From the NCBI GenBank assembly GCA_963728645.1, contig CAVSLU010000019.1, forward strand, positions 15,902-79,901: a stretch of 64,000 nt of DNA. Direction: 5' to 3'. The notes beneath the pieces were generated by a model that was given only the letters and a program-made list of their open reading frames with translations, had not been told where the DNA came from and did not search any database. The translations under genes and the position numbers were made by a program. Every line of letters begins with the position of its first letter. Positions within the stretch are counted from its first letter, which is position 1. Shown here piece after piece: positions 20,424 through 32,807 of the stretch. Source of the stretch: an uncultured Alphaproteobacteria bacterium. Its GTDB lineage: Bacteria > Pseudomonadota > Alphaproteobacteria > Rhodobacterales > Rhodobacteraceae.

Positions 20424-21064
20424 TTGATCATCTCCCCGTCCTGGCCACCGCGCAAGGTGTATTCGATCAATGTCAGCAGCGTCTCGCGACGCGTTGACAG
20501 CGATGGCGCTTCAAGCAGGGCCTGTTTGTCTTCGGAATCGAAATCCAGCATCATCGACAACGAATTGATCAGCAATTCATCATCCGCCTCTTTCAGCGTC
20601 TCCCAATCGGCTGACAGATTGCGTGCATCGAAATAACGGCCAAGCGTGTCCAGAAACGGCTTGCGATTAAAGTCGACGTCTTCTTCGTCCTTTCCCAAAT
20701 CCCGCTCGAACCCATCCCAATTCACCTCGCAGCGGCGGTAGGGCGTGAAGCCTTCGATCTCTTTCACCACGCGGAAACGGGATATGCCGCCAAGGGTGAT
20801 CATGTACCGGCCGTCTTCGGTTTCGGAAAACTGGGTGATCCGGCCAGCGCAGCCAATGGTCTGCAGTCCGGGGCCATCGCGCCCCGGCACCACATTCGGT
20901 TGAACCATGCCGATCAAGCGCCCAGACGTCTTGAGGCTGTCTTCGATCATCTGAAGATAGCGGGGTTCAAATATGTGCAAAGGAAGCCGCGAACGCGGAA
21001 GCAACAAGGCCCCCGACAGCGGAAAAATCGCGATTGTTTCTGGTAGTTCTGATTGCTTTATCAT
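20420..21064 (-). CDS. LON peptidase substrate-binding-domain protein
   Basis: [45 protein letters not shown]. Confidence 0.9.
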   Translation of the reverse strand: MIKQSELPETIAIFPLSGALLLPRSRLPLHIFEPRYLQMIEDSLKTSGRLIGMVQPNVVPGRDGPGLQTIGCAGRITQFSETEDGRYMITLGGISRFRVVKEIEGFTPYRRCEVNWDGFERDLGKDEEDVDFNRKPFLDTLGRYFDARNLSADWETLKEADDELLINSLSMMLDFDSEDKQALLEAPSLSTRRETLLTLIEYTLRGGQDGEMIN

Positions 21065-21091
21065 GTTCTGTTATCTAGCGCGACATTCACC

Positions 21092-22012
21092 TCAGGCAAA
21101 TATCATCGAGCTCAATTTGCGACGGCCGTTCAGGGCAATCGGGTCATTCGGTTTCAACGCGTCAAAGAGGATAAACAGCTGGGTTTTGGCCGCCCCCTCG
21201 TTCCACTCGCGGTCCTTGCCGAACAGCGTCAGCAGGTGGTCAACCGCGCCTTGCGTATCGCCATGCGCCTGCAACGCCGTCGCAAGATCGTAGCGCGCCT
21301 GCAAATCGTCGGGGTCTGCATCAACCGCCGCTTGCAGTTCGGCCACGGGACCGGCATCCGCCGCCTGACGCGCCAGCTGAAGCTGCGCATGCGCGGCTTC
21401 CAACTCGGGCGATTTCGATATTTCAATTGGCGCGCCGTTCAAGTGCCCCTCTGCCTGATCCAGCAGACCCAACGCGATGTAGCCGCGCACCATGCCACCA
21501 TAGGCCGCCGCCTGAAGCGGGTCTTCGCCCAAAATAGCAGAGAATGTATCGACGGCGTCTTGCGCATCGCCTGCGGCCAGCATGTCTTCGGCTGCGGCCA
21601 CGGCTTCGGCCAGCTGATCGCCCGGTGCCTCGCCGCCGCCCGTTTTCACCACGCGGTCGATGAACGCTTTGATCTCTGACTGGGGAAGTGCACCTTGAAA
21701 GCCGTCAACGGGCTGGCCCTTGTAAAACGCATAAACCGTCGGAATCGATTGGATCTGCAACTGACCGGCAATCTGCTGAGCCTCGTCCACGTTGATCTTG
21801 ACCATCTTCACCGCCCCCTTGGCGGCCCGAACGGCGTCTTCCAACTGGGGACCCAGAGTTTTGCACGGGCCACACCACGGGGCCCAGAAATCAACGATGA
21901 TCGGAGTATGCTGCGACGCCTCGACAACGTCGGCCATAAAGGTCGCTTCGGACCCATCCTTGATCAGGTCGGCGTCCTGTGCGGGGGCGGGGGAAAGGTT
22001 CAAATCCATCAT
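21092..22012 (-). CDS. ybbN: Thioredoxin-TPR co-chaperone YbbN/CnoX
   Basis: WAPWCGPC thioredoxin site followed by TPR-like helices, ending GRRKLSSMIFA. Confidence 0.9.
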   Translation of the reverse strand: MMDLNLSPAPAQDADLIKDGSEATFMADVVEASQHTPIIVDFWAPWCGPCKTLGPQLEDAVRAAKGAVKMVKINVDEAQQIAGQLQIQSIPTVYAFYKGQPVDGFQGALPQSEIKAFIDRVVKTGGGEAPGDQLAEAVAAAEDMLAAGDAQDAVDTFSAILGEDPLQAAAYGGMVRGYIALGLLDQAEGHLNGAPIEISKSPELEAAHAQLQLARQAADAGPVAELQAAVDADPDDLQARYDLATALQAHGDTQGAVDHLLTLFGKDREWNEGAAKTQLFILFDALKPNDPIALNGRRKLSSMIFA

Positions 22013-22040
22013 ATCTCTATCCTCACTTGGGCTTGCCTTC

Positions 22041-22069
22041 TATATGAGGGTACACCTGTTCAATTCAAA
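22041..22069 (-). promoter_or_regulatory. Possible RpoH-type promoter of ybbN
   Basis: Minus strand TTTGAA-N14-CCTCATATA resembles heat-shock sigma consensus; ybbN is a typical heat-shock gene. Confidence 0.35.
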
Positions 22070-22853
22070 GGTCGAATGTCGCAAAAACCGGCGCGTGGTC
22101 GCTGGGCTTTTCCCATCCGCGGGCTTCGCGCAAGACCCTGCTTGAGTGTGCCGCATTCGAAATATCGGGGGTGGCCCAGATGTGATCCAGCCTGCGGCCT
22201 TTGTCTGCGGCATCCCAATCCCTGGCGCGATACGACCACCAACTATACAGATTGCCTTGTGGAATGTCTTGCCGCGTTATGTCGACCCAGTTACCTGCAT
22301 CCTGTGTCTCGCCCAGTTTTTCGACCTCGATCGGGGTGTGGCTGACCACCTTGAGAAGTTGCTTGTGCCCCCAGACGTCATCCGCTCGCGGGGCAATGTT
22401 CAGATCCCCCACAAGAATCGCTTTCCGAGGGGTGTCGCCATGAAACCAATCGCGCATCTCGGCCAGGTAATCCAGTTTCTGGCCGAATTTGTCATTCACC
22501 GTGCGATCCGGCACGTCACCGCCTGCGGGCACATAAAAGTTGTAAATCGTCACGCCGTTCTCAAGCGTGGCCGCGATGTGACGCGCATGACCAAGCGACG
22601 CAAAATCCTGATCGCCCGCATCCGTCAACGGCAGCCGCGACAGGATCGCCACCCCATTATAGCCCTTTTGTCCGCGTGCCACCATATGGGTATAGCCCGC
22701 TGCGGCAAACGCTTCGGTAGGGATCTTGTCGACCGGGCTTTTGCATTCCTGCAAACACAGCACATCTGGCCCCTGCTCCTGAAGCAGCTTCAGTACCAAA
22801 GATTTGCGCAGCCGCACCGAGTTGATGTTCCAGGTCGCAAGGGTGAATGGCAT
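22065..22853 (-). CDS. xth: Exodeoxyribonuclease III
   Basis: ATWNINSVR, LQECK, GYNGVAILS, GDLNIAP, RLDHIW, PSDHAPV. Confidence 0.95.
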   Translation of the reverse strand: MPFTLATWNINSVRLRKSLVLKLLQEQGPDVLCLQECKSPVDKIPTEAFAAAGYTHMVARGQKGYNGVAILSRLPLTDAGDQDFASLGHARHIAATLENGVTIYNFYVPAGGDVPDRTVNDKFGQKLDYLAEMRDWFHGDTPRKAILVGDLNIAPRADDVWGHKQLLKVVSHTPIEVEKLGETQDAGNWVDITRQDIPQGNLYSWWSYRARDWDAADKGRRLDHIWATPDISNAAHSSRVLREARGWEKPSDHAPVFATFDL

Positions 22854-22947
22854 CGGGGTGTCCTTTGAGGGTCAGATCGGGCGCACCCTAGCGCGAAACA
22901 CCGGCGGGCGACCATGACGAAATCGACCCTATACCCCACATCAAACC

Positions 22948-23063
22948 AAAAAAGAGCCGGACCCGAAGGCCCGGCCTAGTCCAACAGGGAGGTATGTATC
23001 ATTGCCCGGATACAAACTTCGGGTTCAAACCGAGGGACAGCTCATGAAAATCCTGTCCCCCGT
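22948..23063 (-). ncRNA. 3'-UTR-derived sRNA of the OmpR/CenR gene (SorX-like)
   Basis: 5' hairpin, ACCUCCCUGUUGGAC anti-SD motif and terminator GCCGGGCC-UUCG-GGUCCGGC-UCUUUUUU. Same position as Rhodobacter sphaeroides SorX (3' UTR of RSP_0847, recalled from memory). Confidence 0.75.
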
Positions 23064-23100
23064 GGGAAGGTAACGATGCAGCGATACAATGGTTCCAACG

Positions 23101-23787
23101 CTACGAAACTAATCTGTAACCCCCTGATTCCGTCACCAAAATACTGGCGTGCGACGGGTCTGGTTCGATCTTTTGGCGCAAGCGATAGATGTGCGTCTCA
23201 AGCGTGTGGGTCGTGACGCCCGCGTTATAGCCCCAAACTTCGTGCAAAAGGGTGTCGCGCTGCACCACACCGGCCGTCGCGCGGTACAAAAACTTGAGGA
23301 TATTTGTTTCCTTCTCGGTGAGGCGGATCTTTTTGTCGTCCTCTGTTACCAGCAGCTTTGCCGACGGCTTGAACGTATAGGGGCCAAGTTGGAAAATCGC
23401 CTCTTCGGATTGCTCGTGCTGGCGCAGCTGTGCACGGATACGGGCCAGCAGAACCGGAAACTTGAACGGCTTGGTCACGTAATCATTGGCCCCCGCGTCC
23501 AGCCCCATGATGGTATCCGCGTCACTGTCGTGTCCTGTCAGCATCAGGATAGGGCTTTTCACACCTTGGGCGCGCAATTCACGACACAAGTCGCGCCCGT
23601 CAATATCGGGCAACCCTACGTCAAGAATGACCAGATCATAAAGCGCCTCATGGGCGCGGGTCTTGGCGTCTTCACCATTTGCGGCTTCGAAGACATCGAA
23701 ATCTTCTGTCAGCAACAACTGTTCGCTCAGCGCGTCGCGCAGGTCGTCATCGTCGTCCACAAGCAGGATCTTCTTCAACTGTGCCAT
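23101..23787 (-). CDS. cenR: OmpR-family response regulator, probable CenR orthologue
   Basis: LLVDDD, ILDVGLPD, GANDYVTKPF, LTEKETNILKFL, THTLETHIYRLRQKIE; divergent from ribA. The gene name is inferred from sequence character and context. Confidence 0.75.
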   Translation of the reverse strand: MAQLKKILLVDDDDDLRDALSEQLLLTEDFDVFEAANGEDAKTRAHEALYDLVILDVGLPDIDGRDLCRELRAQGVKSPILMLTGHDSDADTIMGLDAGANDYVTKPFKFPVLLARIRAQLRQHEQSEEAIFQLGPYTFKPSAKLLVTEDDKKIRLTEKETNILKFLYRATAGVVQRDTLLHEVWGYNAGVTTHTLETHIYRLRQKIEPDPSHASILVTESGGYRLVS

Positions 23788-23953
23788 ATCAACTCATCCT
23801 CTACATATACCTATGAAATGTAATCACGAACCCGTGCTCACAAGAGGTGCGTCGATATATTCACAGCACCGTGTGCAATTTGCGGCATATGTTTCAATTG
23901 CCCGCCATCTCGCCTAAGTATTCCGGCAAGACCGCAGCGAAAGATTTCAACCG

Positions 23954-25042
23954 ATGGCATTTGGCCCAGACATAACAGAACAATTGGCCCGTGCGCGTGC
24001 CGATTTGCGCATGGGCGTGCCGATTGTCCTGCTGGGGGAACGATCGGTGCTTGTGCTTGCGGCCGAAACGATGCCCGCGCAACGGCTGACTGATCTGTTG
24101 GCGCTTGGCGGCGATCCGGTGCTGGCGATCACGGCACGCCGTGCACAAACCCTGAATGCGCGGGCCTATGATGGTGATTTGGCGCGGGTGCTTTTGCCCA
24201 GCGACGCGACACCGCGGTGGGTGCAGGCGGTTGCCGATCCTGCCGATGATTTGCGCAGCCCGATGAAGGGTCCGCTGTCTTGCACGCGCGGCGGCGATGC
24301 AACGCCGCACAGTGCCGCGCTTCAATTGATAAAGACCGCGCGGTTGCTGCCTGCGGCGGTTGTACTTGATCTGCCTGACGCCGCCCGCTTTGCGGCCGAG
24401 CATGGGCTGACCACGCTCGCGCTTGATGCCGCGCTGCCGACACTTGCCAATCGCAGCCCGCTGCACCCGGTGGTCAACGCCCGCCTGCCAATGGAAGTGT
24501 CCGAAGCCGGGCGGCTGCATATCTTTCGCCCCGACGATGGCGGTGAAGAACATTATGCCATCGAAATCGGAAGGCCTGATCGGCGCAAGCCGGTTTTGAC
24601 GCGGCTGCATTCGGCCTGCTTTACCGGCGATCTGATGGGCAGCCTGAAATGTGACTGTGGCCCTCAATTACGCGCCGCGCTGGCGCAGATGGGGGCAGAA
24701 GGGCAAGGCGTACTTTTGTACCTGAACCAGGAAGGGCGCGGCATCGGGCTTGCCAACAAGATGCGGGCATATTCTCTTCAGGATCAGGGGTTTGACACTG
24801 TCGAAGCCAATCACCGCCTGGGGTTCGAGGATGACGAGCGCGACTTCCGACTGGGGGCGGATATCCTGAAATCCATGGGGTTCTCTGCCGTTCGCCTGCT
24901 GACAAACAACCCCCGCAAAGTCGACATGATGGAGACGAGCGGGATCAAGGTTGCCGAACGCGTTGCGCTTAAGGTCGGCGAGAACCGCCATAACGCGGCC
25001 TATCTGGCCACCAAGGCCGCGAAATCCGGTCACATCCTGTGA
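23954..25042 (+). CDS. ribA: GTP cyclohydrolase II with N-terminal extension
   Basis: RLHSACFTGDLMGSLKCDCGPQL, QEGRGIGL.NK, LLTNNPRK. Confidence 0.93.
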   Translation: MAFGPDITEQLARARADLRMGVPIVLLGERSVLVLAAETMPAQRLTDLLALGGDPVLAITARRAQTLNARAYDGDLARVLLPSDATPRWVQAVADPADDLRSPMKGPLSCTRGGDATPHSAALQLIKTARLLPAAVVLDLPDAARFAAEHGLTTLALDAALPTLANRSPLHPVVNARLPMEVSEAGRLHIFRPDDGGEEHYAIEIGRPDRRKPVLTRLHSACFTGDLMGSLKCDCGPQLRAALAQMGAEGQGVLLYLNQEGRGIGLANKMRAYSLQDQGFDTVEANHRLGFEDDERDFRLGADILKSMGFSAVRLLTNNPRKVDMMETSGIKVAERVALKVGENRHNAAYLATKAAKSGHIL

Positions 25043-25533
25043 CGCGGGACGATCTTGTTCTGACGCGGGCCGGGCTGCGGTTTCAGGGGCAGGTCTTTCC
25101 CTGCACCATTGGCAAAGCCGGCGTGACCCGTCGCAAAGCGGAAGGCGACGGTGCGACGCCTGCGGGTGTCCACCGCATCGTAGGCATGCTGTATCGCCCC
25201 GATCGCATGGCTGCCCCAACGGACTGGGCAAAGCCGATTGGCCCGCTGGATTTGTGGTCTGACGATCCGCGTCATGAAGACTATAACATGATGGTGCGCG
25301 CGCCCTACCCGCACGGCCACGAAAAGCTGCGCCGCGCCGATCCGCTGTATGATCTGGTCATTCTAACCGATTGGAATTGGCCCTATCCCGTCAAGGGGCG
25401 TGGGTCTGCGATCTTTATCCATCAGTTTCGCCGGCCCGGATACCCGACAGAAGGGTGCATCGCCCTATCGCGCCGCGATCTGCACCGCATCGCACCGAAG
25501 ATCAAACATCGAACCCGCTTGATCGTGGCCTAA
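25039..25533 (+). CDS. L,D-transpeptidase (YkuD-like) family protein
   Basis: EGDGATPAG, GSAIFIH...PTEGCIAL (His/Cys). Confidence 0.85.
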   Translation: MTRDDLVLTRAGLRFQGQVFPCTIGKAGVTRRKAEGDGATPAGVHRIVGMLYRPDRMAAPTDWAKPIGPLDLWSDDPRHEDYNMMVRAPYPHGHEKLRRADPLYDLVILTDWNWPYPVKGRGSAIFIHQFRRPGYPTEGCIALSRRDLHRIAPKIKHRTRLIVA

Positions 25534-26192
25534 GACAGCCCACCCGCCACGCGCTCTCCGAAGATGGCAGAGCCGACGCGAACATGGGTGGCACCCAGTG
25601 CGATTGCCTTTTCGAAATCCCCGCTCATGCCCATCGACAACCCGCCAAGCCCGTTCCGCGCCGCGATCTTGGCCAGCAGCGCAAAGTGAAGGGCGGCTTC
25701 TTCGTCGGCAGGCGGGATACACATCAGCCCTACAACCGGCAGATCAAGCCCTTGGCATTCCTTGATAAAAGCATCCGCCTCAGCAGGCAGCACGCCAGCC
25801 TTCTGGTCCTCTTCACCGGTGTTCACCTGGATGAACATATCCGGACATGCCCCCGTTTCTTGCGAAAGACGGGCAAACGTTGTGGCCAGCTTTGGGCGAT
25901 CAAGTGTATGGATTACATCGAACAACGCCATCGCGGGGCGGGCCTTGTTGGTTTGCAGCGGGCCGATCAGATGCAGATCAATGCCATCGAATTGCTTTTT
26001 GAAGTCCGGCCACTTGCCTTCGGCCTCTTGCACGCGGTTTTCACCAAAGCAGCGCTGGCCTTCCTCAAGAACCGCCTGGACCCGCGCGTTTGGTTGTACC
26101 TTGCTGACCGCAATCAGGGAAACGCTGCCGGCTGCGCGGCCCGCATCTTTTTCAGCTTTGGCGATACGTGTTTTGATGTCGTGCAAGCTCAT
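25530..26192 (-). CDS. yggS: PLP homeostasis protein YggS
   Basis: LIAVSK, FGENRVQE, HLIGPLQTNK, LSMGMSGDF, VRVGSAIFG. Confidence 0.95.
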   Translation of the reverse strand: MSLHDIKTRIAKAEKDAGRAAGSVSLIAVSKVQPNARVQAVLEEGQRCFGENRVQEAEGKWPDFKKQFDGIDLHLIGPLQTNKARPAMALFDVIHTLDRPKLATTFARLSQETGACPDMFIQVNTGEEDQKAGVLPAEADAFIKECQGLDLPVVGLMCIPPADEEAALHFALLAKIAARNGLGGLSMGMSGDFEKAIALGATHVRVGSAIFGERVAGGLS

Positions 26193-26238
26193 TTTTCTGG
26201 CCCCTTGTTTCCGGTCGCACAGAACAACAGCTTTACGC

Positions 26239-26276
26239 AAAAGAAAAGGGGCAGACCAATGGCCTGCCCCTCTTTT
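26239..26276 (-). terminator. Rho-independent terminator of the porin gene
   Basis: AGGGGCAG..CTGCCCCT hairpin with flanking A/T tracts just after the porin TAA. Confidence 0.8.
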
Positions 26277-26293
26277 AGACTGTTGCGTTCAAC

Positions 26294-27292
26294 TTAGAAG
26301 TTGAAGCGAACACCCAGATCGGCACGGACGTAGCCGTTGCCACGGTGCGCAACACCACCGCGCAGCGATGTACCGCCGCCCAGGTCGTGATTGAAGTCGA
26401 TACCGTAGGATGTGTCGACGAAGTAGTCAGCATCAGCAACATATGCTTCGATGTTTGTTGCTGCGCCTACGTCAAAGCGGCCTGCCAGAACGAAGTGGTC
26501 GCCAGTACTGCTGGTACCTGATGTCTGTTGTCGTCGCCGTTCTTAGCATATGCAAAGGAAACGAAAGCTGGGCCGACGTTACCGGAAGCCGATACTGTCT
26601 AATCGGTGTCAGCCGTGCTGTTGGAATCCTGGATACCAACCGCCAGGTGTAACCGGAGAAGGTGTATGCGCCAACAGCAGCAACGCGGCTGTTTACGTCG
26701 GAAGCCGACACGTGCATGGAGAAGTCGCCAAAGGAGTACAGAACTTCAACACCGTTCTGACCAGCAGCACCGTACCACCGGACGAGTAAGCGTCGCCACG
26801 GAAGTTGTATGCTGTGTAGTCATAGCCAAGACCGGTCAGGCCGAGGTCGATGTCGTACTGACCAGGCATGAATTCCAGCGCGCCGTAGATGTTGCCTACG
26901 CCGACTTCCAGACCGCCGGAACGTGCGAAGAAGCGAACGCCGTTGATGCCTGTGCCGGATGGGCCTAGTTGCCGTAGATGCGACTGTACCGCAGCCGTAC
27001 CGGATGTCACCGTCATGCGACCAACGCGACGGTCGATGTTGGTGTGTTGTCGGTGTTGTTCTGCTGGATACGGGCACGTGCGCCGCAATGCTAACGCCGC
27101 ATGTCGGACTCAGCTGTCATGTCGATCTGGCAGACGCAGACGGCTTGTTACGTCTGCTGCTGTCAGCCAGTCGCGGAAGTGCCTTCGATACTAGATCACA
27201 CCAAAGCGACCGTAGCCGCCGAAAGTAACGTCTGCTGCTGCAACGCCGGCGGTCGCAACCAGAGCCGTTGTAGCGAAGAGAACTTTTTTCAT
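26294..27292 (-). CDS. Major outer-membrane porin (reading frame disrupted many times in the middle)
   Basis: Manual translation: start MKKVLFATTALVATAGVAAADVTFGGYGRFG; internal GGLEVGVGN and GDAYSSGG; end DLGGGTSLRGGVA..VRADLGVRFNF* with the terminal Phe of beta-barrel proteins. Not seen as a single ORF in the track. Confidence 0.88.
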
Positions 27293-27603
27293 GAGTTTTC
27301 CCTCGGTTTGAATTCACATGCCCAGACCGGGGAATCCGGTAAGGGTATGAGGGGTCTTTTCTGCCTTTGACCGACTTTTGGCAAGGATCGCGCACAGGTT
27401 TGCCGCAATGTTGAAAACTATGATGCAGCTTTGCCACACTGCGCATGCGGCCCTAACCGAAACCGGGCGACAGCGCATACCGGGCCTGCACAATATACAC
27501 TGAAGCTGCATTCAGCCCTACACTGTTATATAGACGACATATCGCTTGCCCACAGAACCCTGCTTGGTTAGACCAGTGGCCAAACAGGCAAAGGACGGCT
27601 GGG

Positions 27604-28095
27604 ATGGTGCGCACTTCGGTATTCAAAATCACGATTGCCCTTGTGGCACTTGTATCGCTCGGCGCGTGCGGCAGCTTTGGCCAGCCTGCGGGCGAACTGG
27701 CACCGCAATATTCGAATCCCAACAATCCCAGCGTAATCGAGACAAACCAAGCCAACACGATCTGGTCGATCTTCAACCGCAAGAACAATGACACCAGCGT
27801 TTCCGTCAACAAGTATCTTTGGTCGGCGTCGCTTGAGGTGCTCAGCTTTCTGCCCGTTCAAACGGTTGATCCTTATACCGGCGTCATCGTGACGGGCTAT
27901 GGCACACCGCCCGGCGGCAGCCAGTCTTACCGTGCGACCGTTTTGATCGATGATCCCGCCCTTGATGCACGGTCTCTGAACGTGGCGCTTCAGACACGCG
28001 GAGGCCGCGCCGTGAACAAGGCAACGGCCCGCGCCGTTGAAGATGCCATCCTCAGCCGCGCCCGTGAAATGCGCATTGCCGACAATAAATTCTAA
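27604..28095 (+). CDS. DUF3576-like lipoprotein
   Basis: Lipobox LGAC; VNKYLWSASLEVLSFLP..DPYTGVIVT; upstream of leuS. Confidence 0.8.
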   Translation: MVRTSVFKITIALVALVSLGACGSFGQPAGELAPQYSNPNNPSVIETNQANTIWSIFNRKNNDTSVSVNKYLWSASLEVLSFLPVQTVDPYTGVIVTGYGTPPGGSQSYRATVLIDDPALDARSLNVALQTRGGRAVNKATARAVEDAILSRAREMRIADNKF

Positions 28096-28181
28096 GCCCG
28101 CTTCCCCCGTTTCCTCAATTTCAACGCCGGGCCATGCGCTGATCGCTCGGCCGGCGTTTATCGTTTGATAAGGTCGCCAAG

Positions 28182-30717
<2,536 letters not shown>

Positions 30718-30731
<14 letters not shown>

Positions 30732-31203
30732 CCGTCGTCTCCTGTTGGCCTTGCCGCTGCTCGCGTTGGCGGCATGCGGGTTTCAGCCGGTCTATGGCCC
30801 CGGCGGCAGCGGTACGGCCCTGCAAAACAGCGTTGAGGTAGACCCACCAGACAACGCCTTCACCTACACGCTGGTGCGCGAAATCGAGACGCGCTTGGGT
30901 CGGCCTGCGGCACCCAGATACGGCTTGGCACTGACTGTAGCCACCACTCAGGAAGGCCTGGCGATTGACAGCGCCGATAACACCACACGCTATAACCTGA
31001 TCGGCGTCGCCGATTTTGCGCTGCGCAATCTGGGCACAGGGCAGATCGAAACCTCGGGTAAAGTCGAAAACTTTACAGGCTATTCCGCGACCGGATCGAC
31101 CGTAGCAACCCTTGCCGCAGAACGCGACGCGCAGGTGCGGCTGATGACGATGCTGGCCGACCAGATCGTGACCCGGCTTTATGCTGCAAATCTTGCCCCA
31201 TGA
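30718..31203 (+). CDS. lptE: LPS assembly lipoprotein LptE
   Basis: [11 protein letters not shown] lipobox; position between leuS and holA. Confidence 0.88.
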
Positions 31204-32198
31204 AACTGCCGCCGCGCGACGCAAACGGCTATTTCAAGAAGCCTGACCCGAACAAGACGGGCCTGTTGATCTATGGCAGCGATCCCATGCGCGTGGCGCT
31301 GAAGCGGCAAGAATTTTTGAAGGCTTTGCTCGGTGCCAACGCGGAAGAGGAAATGCGCCTCACGCGGATTTAAGCCGCTGACCTGCGCCGCGATGCGCCG
31401 ATGCTTGTTGACGCGATCAAGGCTGTCGGCTTTTTCCCCGGTCCTCGCGCCGCATTTGTCGAAGACGCGAATGACAACATTGCTAAGATCCTGATCGACG
31501 CGCTGGCCGACTGGCAACCGGGCGATGCGCAAATTGTGGTAACGGCGGGCGATCTCAAGAAAACGTCCAAGGTTCTCAAGGCGTTCGAGGCACACAAAAG
31601 CGCGTTTGCCACGCCGATCTATGACACGCCCCCCGATCGTGCGGAGATAGAGCGTATCCTGACCGATGCCGATCTGAAGCCTCAGCCGGACGCGATGGGA
31701 TCGCTGTCAGAGCTTGCCCGCCTGCTTGACCCCGGTGACTTTCGCCAGATGATTGAAAAGATAAAGCTCTACAAGATCGGTGACACGGACCCTTTGACAG
31801 CTCAGGACGTGGCCAACTGTGCGCCCACCTCGACCGAAGCCGAGGTTGACGATATCCTTCATGTCGTCGCAGAAGCGCGCGCAGGCGATATCGGCCCGGT
31901 GATGGCCAAGCTGCAAGCCCAAGGCGTAAACGCCGTGACGCTGACCATCATGGCGACCCGCCATTTTCGCACGCTTTACCGCATCGCCAGCAATCCCGGT
32001 GGGCAAATCTGGGGCGTGCGCGACCGTGACCGCGCCATGCGGCAAGCGAAAAACTGGGGCGCGGCAAAACTGGAAACGGCGTTGACCGTGCTGACAGATA
32101 CCGACCTTACGCTGCGATCGGCGGGCCAGCACGCGCCCGCGATGGCGCTTGTTGAACGTGCCTTTATCCGTCTGGCGATGCTGGGCGCACAACGATAA
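31200..32198 (+). CDS. holA: DNA polymerase III delta subunit (in-frame TAA at 31371-31373)
   Basis: MKLPPRD..GLLIYGSD.MRVALKR is in frame with ORF 31401..32198; leuS-lptE-holA synteny. Confidence 0.88.
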
Positions 32199-32216
32199 AA
32201 ACTAAGGAGGAACACC

Positions 32217-32807
32217 ATGTACAAAGTGATAGGAGCGACCAAATCACGTGCCATGCGCGTGATGTGGATGTTGGAAGAATTGGGCGAAGACTACGAACAG
32301 GTGCCCTGCGGCCCTGCATCGGACGAAGCCAAAAAGTACAACCCCTCAGGGAAAATCCCCGCCCTGATCGATGGCGACGAGATCCTGACGGATTCCGTGG
32401 CGATCATGCAATATCTGGCCGACAAACATGGCAAACTGACCGCTCCTGCCGGTACAGCAGCCCGTGCCCGACAGGACGCCATGACGTTCTGGCTGATCGA
32501 CGAGATGGACGCGATCTTGTGGGCCGCAGCCAAGCACAGCTTTGTTTTCCCGCAAGAACAGCGCGTGCCTGAAATCAAGGACAGTCTGAAATCCGAATTT
32601 GCAAGGTCCGCGCATATCCTGTCCGAGCGTCTGCAAGGCCCGTTCCTGATGGGCAGCGATGTCACTGTGCCCGATCTTCTGGCGACACATTGCATCAACT
32701 GGTCCATCGGTGCGGGTTTTCCGGCTGTGGATGAAAAGCTTGGTGCATGGGCCAAATCCATGCGTGAAAGGCCCGCATTCAAAGCGGCCGCCACAAAGGA
32801 AGGCTAG
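32217..32807 (+). CDS. Glutathione S-transferase
   Basis: SRAMRVMWMLEELG, NPSGKIPAL, DSVAIMQYL. Confidence 0.9.
   Translation: MYKVIGATKSRAMRVMWMLEELGEDYEQVPCGPASDEAKKYNPSGKIPALIDGDEILTDSVAIMQYLADKHGKLTAPAGTAARARQDAMTFWLIDEMDAILWAAAKHSFVFPQEQRVPEIKDSLKSEFARSAHILSERLQGPFLMGSDVTVPDLLATHCINWSIGAGFPAVDEKLGAWAKSMRERPAFKAAATKEG

Noticed and set aside
23024-27312. Reading the two 27-bp matches as inverted repeats of an invertible (phase-variable) 4.3-kb segment
   Set aside because: No recombinase is in the window, the segment contains core genes, and the mismatches and loop placement fit RNA-RNA pairing better. Long reads showing both orientations would revive the idea.
26410-27511. Numerous short ORFs on both strands suggesting a novel gene cluster
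   Set aside because: They are fragments and shadows of the frameshifted porin and its promoter region.
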